A stretch of 54,758 bases of DNA, taken from positions 1-54,758 of IMG/VR virus record IMGVR_UViG_3300025771_000034; one strand, 5' to 3'. Made by a program: the position numbers and the translations under genes. The notes under the pieces were generated by a model. The model saw only the letters and a program-made list of their open reading frames with translations, had not been told where the DNA came from and ran no database searches. This stretch comes from a virus. Taxonomy: Duplodnaviria > Caudoviricetes. This document shows positions 39,262 to 46,695 of the stretch, piece after piece. How positions within the stretch are numbered: the first letter of the stretch is position 1; every line of letters begins with the position of its first letter.

Positions 39262-39278
39262 ACTACTTGACAAAGAGA

Positions 39279-40280
39279 TTACTTGCTGCCGTAGGCAACT
39301 GCGTCTGTCTCTTCGATCTGAACACCAAAGCGAACGAATACTGTGTACTCTACTGTGTCCTTCTTTGGCTTGAACTCGCGGTGGACTGTAACATCTCTCT
39401 GGAATCCCCAGATACGATTCTCTGGGAATGTGAGTGAGACATAATCATCGGGGAGGTATGGAACCTCAACGATTGGAAGCCCGAGAACGCGGTACTGTAG
39501 TGGAGCACCAACAATCTGTGGAACACTACCATCAACAATGCGCTCAACAATTCTCTCTGAAGAGAAGTTGCCTGTCTGAGCGAGCTGATTGAGTAGGCTG
39601 GAAAGTGTTGGTGAACCAGCATAGAACTTCATGGCTGAACGTGAACCACGGTACTTTCTTGGCATTGCAAGAATAATATCCTGTAGATCCTGTACTGTCC
39701 ATGTGCTACCACTTGAGGTTACAGCAGCGGCCTGATTGCCACCAGCTGTCTCCTTTGCGTGGAAGCCCTCCATGATGCTAAGGAACGCATTTGTTCCAGA
39801 GCCTGTTCCGTTGATAGCTAGATCCTCTAGATCGTTAGCGAATGCACGGGTCATTGTGCGAACCAAGTGGTCCTCTAGACCTGCACCTTCGATGTTATCC
39901 TCTAGAGCTTCAGTTGAAACCTCCCAATCCAAACGGATCTTCTTGGTGGTAACCTCAACCTTAGTGAAAGCAACATCAGCGTTTGTGTAAGTTGCATCAG
40001 CCTGTGCTGCTGCACGGATTACACGCTCGCCAACGTTTAGCTTCTCTAGCTCTGCGGTGTTGGAACGCATTGTTACTCTGCGACCATCTTGTGCTAGTAC
40101 CTGCTGCTCCCAAATGTATTCGATGAACTGGCGAGACTGCTCAGGATTGAGAATACCGCCATCATCGGTTGTGCTGCCAACAACACCGAGGTCACCAGCG
40201 GCTGGGTTTGTTACACCCCCAATACCACCAGAAACTACTGCGCCTGTTGCAGCTGCCTTCTCTAGGATTTCGTCTGACAT
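39279..40280 (-). CDS. Major capsid protein (HK97 fold)
   Basis: 333 aa after the protease; GGILNPEQS..F, EALEDNIEG, DLEDLAING; AGGAGGT SD; strongly biased codons. Confidence 0.92.
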   Translation of the reverse strand: MSDEILEKAAATGAVVSGGIGGVTNPAAGDLGVVGSTTDDGGILNPEQSRQFIEYIWEQQVLAQDGRRVTMRSNTAELEKLNVGERVIRAAAQADATYTNADVAFTKVEVTTKKIRLDWEVSTEALEDNIEGAGLEDHLVRTMTRAFANDLEDLAINGTGSGTNAFLSIMEGFHAKETAGGNQAAAVTSSGSTWTVQDLQDIILAMPRKYRGSRSAMKFYAGSPTLSSLLNQLAQTGNFSSERIVERIVDGSVPQIVGAPLQYRVLGLPIVEVPYLPDDYVSLTFPENRIWGFQRDVTVHREFKPKKDTVEYTVFVRFGVQIEETDAVAYGSK

Positions 40281-40302
40281 TTTTATTTCACCTCCTATTT
40301 AT

Positions 40303-40893
40303 TTACCGATATAAGTCAGCGGCTTTGAGGAAACGACCGCCCCACATCGACTTTTCAGTTGTATTTTCTTCCTGCACGATCCCGCCAAGATCGCCAGACT
40401 TGCGAACGGCTGTGTCAGCTTCTACAGCATCAACACGCCCTTCAAACTCTGCTACATTGCCTTTTACAGTTGTTACTTCCTCTTGTACGCCGTCTAGAGA
40501 CTTCTTCATCTCTGCGACCTGCTCTGCAATGCCCTTAACTACTGCAGCTAGATCTCCTAGTGAATCTGCAACAGAATCCTTGATCTCGCTAACAGCCTTT
40601 GCCAAGTCATCTGTGCTGCCTTCTTCATTAGGAGTTGTGGACTTTTCGACTACCTCTTCAGTTGTGGCTTCCTCTGTCTCTTCTGCCTTTTCTACTGTTT
40701 CTTCGGCAGAGTCCTCAACAGCGTCCTCTGACTTCTCTACAGTCTCAGCATCTTCTGCAGCGTCATCTGCCTTTGCAACTTCTTCTGTTGTCTCTTCAGC
40801 AGGTTCTTCAACAGTCTCTGCTTCTACTGCAGCGTCCTCTGACTTCTCAATTGGAGCAGCCTCTTCTGAAGACTTTCTATTTAGAATTCCCAC
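40303..40893 (-). CDS. Nested in-frame scaffold protein (internal GTG start)
   Basis: AAGGAGG 8 nt upstream of an in-frame GTG at 40893; predicted 196-aa acidic product. Confidence 0.6.
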   Translation of the reverse strand: MGILNRKSSEEAAPIEKSEDAAVEAETVEEPAEETTEEVAKADDAAEDAETVEKSEDAVEDSAEETVEKAEETEEATTEEVVEKSTTPNEEGSTDDLAKAVSEIKDSVADSLGDLAAVVKGIAEQVAEMKKSLDGVQEEVTTVKGNVAEFEGRVDAVEADTAVRKSGDLGGIVQEENTTEKSMWGGRFLKAADLYR

Positions 40894-41703
40894 GTTATTT
40901 CCCTCCTTTTCAATATTTTCGTCAGCAATTGACTTGGCTATGTCTTCGTCAATCGCCTCATTTTTATCAGATTGTGAATCTGAAACCTTTTCAAATGATG
41001 TAATCAAAGATTTTACAACTTCGGATTTATTTACATCGTTACTCTCTACAAAACCAATATTAGTCATGTGCTTGCTGCACTCTGGGCAACTGTAATCTGA
41101 CTTATCACTTAAGATAACATTGTCACTAGTTGGACACCAGTATACGTTTTCAAGGTAGTTCTTTTCTACCTTTTCTTCTGTAGCATTAAACTTTTGTACA
41201 GAAATAATATTAGAGTCTGGATTTGCTGGATTATCAACAAGGGAAAGCTCATAAAGATCATAATCTTTAATTACCCGAACGGGCTTATCAATTTGCTTGT
41301 TGTACATTTCTTCTGAGTCATTGATGCTTCCACCAATTGAGAATCCAGTAAGAATGCCTTCATTAATTTTATGCCAGGTATCTTCTGCGCCTTTTGAAAC
41401 ATAAACATCTACATAAATACCGTTGTAAAACTGATCAGTATTTTTGTCAAAATATTTATCCTGCTTAAATGAAACGACCTTGCCTACGGCAAGTGGGGTA
41501 TGCTGCTCACGAACGTTTCCACGGAATGCATCAAAAGCTTTTGCTGATGCGTCAGCATTTACAATGTCGCCCTGCTTATCAATGCTATCTGTTGTAGCCC
41601 AGCCTGAAACAATTCTTCTTTCTTTGTCTACTTTTTGAATGGGCATTCTAACGGAAATGTTATTCCCGTCTGTGCTCCAATAAGCTTTTTCAAAAATAGT
41701 CAT
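40303..41703 (-). CDS. Prohead protease fused to acidic scaffold domain
   Basis: RIVSGWAT...DKQGD...REQH...GFSIGG...ELSLVDNPANP (HK97/XkdF-type protease), then Glu-rich repeats and coiled coil. Confidence 0.9.
   Translation of the reverse strand: MTIFEKAYWSTDGNNISVRMPIQKVDKERRIVSGWATTDSIDKQGDIVNADASAKAFDAFRGNVREQHTPLAVGKVVSFKQDKYFDKNTDQFYNGIYVDVYVSKGAEDTWHKINEGILTGFSIGGSINDSEEMYNKQIDKPVRVIKDYDLYELSLVDNPANPDSNIISVQKFNATEEKVEKNYLENVYWCPTSDNVILSDKSDYSCPECSKHMTNIGFVESNDVNKSEVVKSLITSFEKVSDSQSDKNEAIDEDIAKSIADENIEKEGNNVGILNRKSSEEAAPIEKSEDAAVEAETVEEPAEETTEEVAKADDAAEDAETVEKSEDAVEDSAEETVEKAEETEEATTEEVVEKSTTPNEEGSTDDLAKAVSEIKDSVADSLGDLAAVVKGIAEQVAEMKKSLDGVQEEVTTVKGNVAEFEGRVDAVEADTAVRKSGDLGGIVQEENTTEKSMWGGRFLKAADLYR
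40719..40848. repeat. 19-bp direct repeat within scaffold (EKSEDA units)
   Basis: cagcgtcctctgacttctc at 40719-40737 and 40830-40848. Confidence 0.8.
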
Positions 41704-41755
41704 TTCAAACCCATTATATACTATATTTATAGTATTTTATCACAATTTTATAAAT

Positions 41756-43312
41756 TTATGCAGTTGTTCTGCCTTCTCCTCCTGGATTTCTTCCAGTTTC
41801 TGTTGCGGAGGAGTCAGTAGCGTTATTTTGTCGTTCTGTATCTCTTTGTCTGTTACCTGTAATTTGTGCCCTTGATTCCGCTCTTTGTTGTGCTGTTAGT
41901 TCAACTGGTGATTGACCGCCATCTCGTACAGGCATTCCCATTCTTTGTCTTACTTCATTTGGAACAATAACCTGAGTCTTGAGATATCTTTCATCAATCT
42001 GACTTTGTGTATTTTCATCTGTTAATGTAAATTCATTTAGTCTAAAGTTAAACATATCTGTTTTTTCTTTTACTATTTTATTTATTACCTTTTCTAAAGT
42101 TCTTTGTGCTGGTCGTGCAACCTGTTCCTTAAATGTACGATCCGATGCTAGTGCAGCGGCAATAGACATGCCCTGACCGCCACCAACCTTTGATATTGGT
42201 GTTTGATGAGCCATAAGAATATCTTCACGATTAGACTTGCGGTACTTTTCAAAAGAGCCTTCTTGTACGCCATTTTCAATTGGCTCCATATTAAACTCTA
42301 CCTTGTTATCTCCTGTATCTCCAGGAAGAGGGATGTAGAGTGTTCTGTGGCTTTGTCCTTTGAGTCCAGACTGCAAAAATCTAAACAGCTTATCTTCTGC
42401 ATCTGTACTTAGCTTTGCACCCTTAAGAGTAACGATGTATCGTGGCACTGCCTTATTCTCAAAATAGTCAATGTTGTAGCGACCAGCAAGTGTGTCACCA
42501 ACTAGTGATGTAGAAGCAGCCAAGATATCTGGAACACCATAATAGCTATTACGAGGGGTATATTTCTTAATATGAATTAGCTCGTTTGGTCGCGGATCTG
42601 TTGTTACATTGTTGGGTGTTTTTACATCTTGGAAATTTCTGAAGAATACTGTTCTTTGATTAACTACCTGAATGTATCCATCGCGTTCTCTTCTAACGCG
42701 AATAGTTGTTGCAGGAATATGACCGATATATCCAATTTCTCCAGAAGTTGTTCTACCTACCTCAATATATCCATTTCCAGTTGCCTCATAATCAGTAAAG
42801 GCTTTTTCAAGAACGTGAGTCAGAGTATCTTCATCATTAAGATCTTCAAGCCATTCCATAACCATAGCCTTTGCTCTGTCAGCTTTTCTTTGTGCACGCA
42901 TTCTCTGATCATCATTGCCAGCATCTTCAATCCTGTCCATAAGATTGGGAGTTGGTTCTAGATGATATCCAAGGCCAACAATGTTTGATACCTTGGCATT
43001 TACCGCTGCATGGTTAGCAAAATTTGTTTCATAAAAATTAGCAAGCTCGTCAAGGTTGTATGGTGGAACAATAACATCAAAAAGTCCATAGGCAGTTGTA
43101 ATATCCATATCTGGAATTAGCTGCTTTGACTTTGCCCCGTCTTGTCCTGTCCAAACCTTATTTAGTCTAGAAATACGACGCTTAAAATTAGGATTAAGTC
43201 CAGTATATGATTTTACTGTTTCTACACCAGCATTGAATGGATCAAATTTTGATATCTTGTTTGATTGAGGATTATCAATTCTTGCTCTACCCTCGTAGTC
43301 GTCATTCTCCAT
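41756..43312 (-). CDS. Portal protein
   Basis: 518 aa upstream of the protease; PPYN, TGNGYIEV.R...HIPA, YYGVPD, YF.N.A.P, NEVR..MG.P motifs. Confidence 0.92.
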   Translation of the reverse strand: MENDDYEGRARIDNPQSNKISKFDPFNAGVETVKSYTGLNPNFKRRISRLNKVWTGQDGAKSKQLIPDMDITTAYGLFDVIVPPYNLDELANFYETNFANHAAVNAKVSNIVGLGYHLEPTPNLMDRIEDAGNDDQRMRAQRKADRAKAMVMEWLEDLNDEDTLTHVLEKAFTDYEATGNGYIEVGRTTSGEIGYIGHIPATTIRVRRERDGYIQVVNQRTVFFRNFQDVKTPNNVTTDPRPNELIHIKKYTPRNSYYGVPDILAASTSLVGDTLAGRYNIDYFENKAVPRYIVTLKGAKLSTDAEDKLFRFLQSGLKGQSHRTLYIPLPGDTGDNKVEFNMEPIENGVQEGSFEKYRKSNREDILMAHQTPISKVGGGQGMSIAAALASDRTFKEQVARPAQRTLEKVINKIVKEKTDMFNFRLNEFTLTDENTQSQIDERYLKTQVIVPNEVRQRMGMPVRDGGQSPVELTAQQRAESRAQITGNRQRDTERQNNATDSSATETGRNPGGEGRTTA

Positions 43313-43646
43313 GCGCTCTTAGTCCCTTTGCTGCGTCATACCATGCACCCAGATCTGTTTCGCTAGGAATATACCCCTGGCTCATTCTGTCAATCTGTTC
43401 CGAATGTTCTTCATCAGTAATTCTTCTTACGCCTGCTTTAAACTCTGGCTTACCATCTGGAAATCCATAATAAGCTGCCGCCTTGGTAATTTTAGCCATT
43501 GCCTGAATATCACCATTACGAGCAGGAATATTCATGATGTTACCATTGCCATCACCAGCCAACTTTCCATTAGGAAGCTTCCAAACATAGATGCCATCGT
43601 CACCTTGCTTTTCTATTACAGTTAGCTTTGGATTAGAGGATGCCAT
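43302..43646 (-). CDS. Hypothetical protein, first gene of head operon
   Basis: 114 aa overlapping the portal start; TGgTACAAT 7 nt upstream. Confidence 0.7.
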   Translation of the reverse strand: MASSNPKLTVIEKQGDDGIYVWKLPNGKLAGDGNGNIMNIPARNGDIQAMAKITKAAAYYGFPDGKPEFKAGVRRITDEEHSEQIDRMSQGYIPSETDLGAWYDAAKGLRAHGE

Positions 43647-43679
43647 GTCAACAATTGTACCATAATTAGCATGACTCAG

Positions 43680-45638
43680 CTAGTTTTTGACACTAGCTAG
43701 GTCACCAATATCAACTATCTCGCAAGATCCTGCAACACAACTTAGCTCTTGTGATCCAGTAGTTCCGTCTTCTGTCTCATAAACAGTAAGCATCTCCCAT
43801 GGAATATTTGTGGGCATATTCTTTAGTGCTTCCTCATATTCTTCCTTTGTGCAAGACTGGTAGGGTGCTTGCTTGTAAGAATGCTCAACTGCTGGCAAGA
43901 ATGAAACGCCACCGATTTGATCAAAGTTGTCATAGACCCATGCCCCTACGCTCATCCATTCATCTTCATGAACATTAATGGTGACAGATGGGTTATGCTC
44001 TGTCCAATGATTACGATAGGTTTTCCATAGTTCTAGATGATCAATGGCTGAAATATCTTCTGTAACTACCGCGTTCTTTGGAGCCTTTACGGGGAAGTAG
44101 AAAACGGTAGTATCATTTGGCTTCATAACATCTGGCTCATTTGGAATACCACAATCAATAAGGAATCGTGTTAGTGGATCTTTATTATCTCCACGAACAG
44201 AACGAATGTAATATTCTGAATACCATGGATGAATGCCACTTGATACACCAGTTAACTGCGATACTGTTCCAGAAGGCTTAACACAAGTAACAGACATGGA
44301 CTGATTAATTCCAAGTCTTTCAGCTTCCTTCTTATTTGTTTCTACTGCTGATTCACGGAGATTATCTAATAGAGAAGATAGATTAGCATTATTATTTGAT
44401 GTTAGCTTATTTCCATAAATACCTGTGAGTGATACCCCAAGTAGTCTTTCCTCCTCGCAGTTATCTTTCCATGACTTACGAATATACTTAAAGTTTGTAA
44501 GAGTAGATTGCCAGGTTCCAAAGATGGAGGCGAGTTCTACCTTCTTCTTAAGATCTTCTTCTGTATCAGAAGCTTCAATAATTACCTCTGTTAGATTACA
44601 AAATTCATTGGGTCGTAGAAGAATTTCGCCACATGGGTTGGTTCCTGCTACCTTAGAAGAATCACGACGACCGAAACTATCAATGTGCTTGCGAACGCTA
44701 TCAAGGTTATAAATTCCTCTTTCCCCTGATTTTGACTCATAAAGGTTTCTCCACTCACGCAGAAACTGCGCTGTATTTGGCTTCATGTTGTAAACAGCAG
44801 AGTTATTTGCTAGAGCACGCTGGCCTTCATTCTCCCACCAGTTTCCACTCTTTGCCTTTGCCATTTCAAAGTCATCAAGGTTGGACAACGAGATAAGTGC
44901 AGAGCGACGAACGCCACCTACAACAACTACCTCTCCTATTTTACACATAATATCGTGTGCTTCAATAGGCTTAAGTCTGCGTCCCGCTGCATTTCTAAAT
45001 ACATCGACAGTAAACTGGAATAGTGCATGTAGTGGCTCTGGGCCTGATGCACGACCACCAAAAGTCTTAAGCCTTGCTCCTGCTGGACGAACCTTTGTCA
45101 TATCCCAATTAGGGATCTGCCCCTGATAAAGAAGTGCAATAAGTTCTTTGTATGCTTTAGCCCAACCAAGCTTAGAGTCCTCAACAACGATGGTTGTTCC
45201 TGTTGGAAACATTTGTTCTGCTACAACGGGTAGTTGGTCTGTATATTTTTGCTCAACACTAAATCCAACTCCTGTACCATTCATCAAAATATACATAGCC
45301 TCATCGAATGCTCTTGGGCTATCAACCGCAATAAATGAGCAGTTGTAGGCAGCAATGTTATCACGCTCAAGTGCTGGGCCTGCCGTCATCATAGCACGCA
45401 TAGAAGGCATGATCTTATGATTAATAATGGCATCACGAACTTCATCAAAAATTGGTGCACTATCTTTATATTCGTAGTTGTTGACAAGATGACTCTTCAT
45501 AAAGTTCATAAGTCTATCTACTGTTTCCACCCATGTCTCTCGCCTATTTTCTTCCTCCATCCACCTGGCGTATCTGCTGATGTGGATGAAATTTCTGTAG
45601 TGATCCTTTATCGAACCGTTATTATTAATGAGAGACAA
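43680..45638 (-). CDS. nrdJ: Class II (adenosylcobalamin-dependent) ribonucleotide reductase
   Basis: YNCSF, GTGVGF, GGVRRSA, TNPCGE, CNL, CVKPSGT, C-terminal CxxxxC; no beta subunit gene nearby; TTG start. Confidence 0.92.
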   Translation of the reverse strand: MSLINNNGSIKDHYRNFIHISRYARWMEEENRRETWVETVDRLMNFMKSHLVNNYEYKDSAPIFDEVRDAIINHKIMPSMRAMMTAGPALERDNIAAYNCSFIAVDSPRAFDEAMYILMNGTGVGFSVEQKYTDQLPVVAEQMFPTGTTIVVEDSKLGWAKAYKELIALLYQGQIPNWDMTKVRPAGARLKTFGGRASGPEPLHALFQFTVDVFRNAAGRRLKPIEAHDIMCKIGEVVVVGGVRRSALISLSNLDDFEMAKAKSGNWWENEGQRALANNSAVYNMKPNTAQFLREWRNLYESKSGERGIYNLDSVRKHIDSFGRRDSSKVAGTNPCGEILLRPNEFCNLTEVIIEASDTEEDLKKKVELASIFGTWQSTLTNFKYIRKSWKDNCEEERLLGVSLTGIYGNKLTSNNNANLSSLLDNLRESAVETNKKEAERLGINQSMSVTCVKPSGTVSQLTGVSSGIHPWYSEYYIRSVRGDNKDPLTRFLIDCGIPNEPDVMKPNDTTVFYFPVKAPKNAVVTEDISAIDHLELWKTYRNHWTEHNPSVTINVHEDEWMSVGAWVYDNFDQIGGVSFLPAVEHSYKQAPYQSCTKEEYEEALKNMPTNIPWEMLTVYETEDGTTGSQELSCVAGSCEIVDIGDLASVKN

Positions 45639-45674
45639 TTAAAAACACTTCCTTTGATAGATTTATTAGTAAGA

Positions 45675-45687
45675 TATAATTCTATCA
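45675..45687. promoter_or_regulatory. Overlapping divergent -10 elements between nrdJ and the plus-strand island
   Basis: Plus TATAAT 45675-45680; minus TGaTAGAAT 45687-45679. Confidence 0.55.
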
Positions 45688-45707
45688 GAATTTTAAGGAG
45701 AGTCAAC

Positions 45708-45938
45708 ATGGAACTAACAATTCAAGAGGTACATACTTATAACGATTTGATAAACAAAGGTGAGGCCGAACCACTTGATCTACCTGGCTGTGACACAAGT
45801 GAATTTGGGGGGCTGGTGATACCTAGACTAGATGAAGATGATCGTGTATACTTTCACGATCTTGCGTCGGGCGTTAATGTCTACCCAGGAATAAACACAA
45901 TAGAAAAAATCAAGAAAGCTATTGACAAAATAAAGTAA
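45708..45938 (+). CDS. Hypothetical protein (76 aa)
   Basis: AAGGAG SD before ATG 45708 (MELTIQEV...). The longer track call overlaps nrdJ antisense. Confidence 0.75.
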   Translation: MELTIQEVHTYNDLINKGEAEPLDLPGCDTSEFGGLVIPRLDEDDRVYFHDLASGVNVYPGINTIEKIKKAIDKIK

Positions 45939-45950
45939 TCAAGATACCAT
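45922..45950 (+). promoter_or_regulatory. Sigma70/SigA-type promoter firing into the AT-rich element
   Basis: TTGACA 45922-45927, 17-nt spacer, TACCAT 45945-45950. Confidence 0.65.
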
Positions 45951-46030
45951 GGATGGGTGGTCAGGGAGGGAATAGATCTAATATATAAATATTAATAATA
46001 TATAAATATATATAATATAGATCACATTCC
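45951..46030. other. G-rich tract plus 41-bp A/T-only element with direct and inverted repeats (origin candidate)
   Basis: GGATGGGTGGTCAGGGAGGG, then A/T only at 45979-46019, AATATATAAATAT x2, flanked by GATCTA/TAGATC. Confidence 0.45.
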
Positions 46031-46053
46031 ATTCATAAATTCTGTTATTTCAT

Positions 46054-46082
46054 TTGACATACATTTTTTTATTATGTATGCT
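46054..46082 (+). promoter_or_regulatory. Sigma70/SigA-type promoter for the transglycosylase
   Basis: TTGACA 46054-46059, 17-nt spacer, TATGCT 46077-46082; AGGAGG SD follows. Confidence 0.75.
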
Positions 46083-46115
46083 AGATGAACTGTTGTCACC
46101 GTCAGGAGGAAACAG

Positions 46116-46637
46116 ATGATAACAAAACTGATAGGAGGTTTGGTAGGAATGATGATGTTATTTGCAACCCCTGCCTACGCCTCTGATGCGGTCGATGCTA
46201 AATCTGCAATAACCGCGACGGCGAAAGTCGTGTATATCAGCCAAGAGCATAAGTATGCTAGGTCTGATACCGCACAGGATATGAAGGGCTATGAGCCATC
46301 TTTGTATCGCGGTAAATGGTTCGATTCTAAATGGGAAAATTCTCGTAAATGTATTATGAAGCGTGAATCCCGTTTTTCTTATCGGGCCGCCAATAAGTCA
46401 TCCTCGGCAAGAGGAGCCTATCAATTCTTGGACTCTCAATGGAGAGATGGGCTTGTTTGGATGATGTTAAAGGAATCCAAGAAAACAAAAGATGGTTTGT
46501 CAGCTGAAATTAAGACTTTATTTGATAAACCAATTCATAAATGGTCAAGGTATTATCAAGACCGTGCTTTTTACACCGCTTGGCAAGATGGTAGTGGCAA
46601 GAAGCATTGGTATTATCCTGGTCATAACTGTTACTAA
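46116..46637 (+). CDS. Secreted lysozyme-like / lytic transglycosylase
   Basis: Signal peptide ending AYA; CIMKRES (catalytic Glu), A.N..SSA.GAYQF...W, and Q...G..HW...C. Confidence 0.8.
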   Translation: MITKLIGGLVGMMMLFATPAYASDAVDAKSAITATAKVVYISQEHKYARSDTAQDMKGYEPSLYRGKWFDSKWENSRKCIMKRESRFSYRAANKSSSARGAYQFLDSQWRDGLVWMMLKESKKTKDGLSAEIKTLFDKPIHKWSRYYQDRAFYTAWQDGSGKKHWYYPGHNCY

Positions 46638-46644
46638 ATAGATT

Positions 46645-46695
46645 AGCGGGGCAGAAAACCTAATTCAAAAGGTGGCAACATTCTGCCCTGCTTTT
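46645..46695 (+). terminator. Terminator-like structure between convergent genes
   Basis: 12-bp stem AGCGGGGCAGAA/TTCTGCCCTGCT (one G-U) followed by a T run, with a 24-nt interior. Confidence 0.6.

Noticed and set aside
40169-41095. 308-aa plus-strand ORF
   Set aside because: Antisense shadow of the Glu/Ala-rich scaffold; Ser-rich low complexity and no recognisable family.
4331-45638. Inteins or introns in terL, recA, dnaE, dnaB or nrdJ
   Set aside because: All are of normal length with contiguous motifs; no intein splice or LAGLIDADG signatures noticed.
45417-45707. N-terminal extension of the 173-aa plus-strand ORF
   Set aside because: Overlaps nrdJ antisense; the SD-supported start is ATG 45708.
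45639-45707. Cobalamin riboswitch upstream of nrdJ
   Set aside because: The gap is only 69 bp, AT-rich, and has no B12-box-like sequence.
45939-46115. c-di-AMP (ydaO) riboswitch or tRNA upstream of the transglycosylase
   Set aside because: No recognisable riboswitch or cloverleaf motifs, and the proximal promoter leaves only about 25-30 nt of leader.
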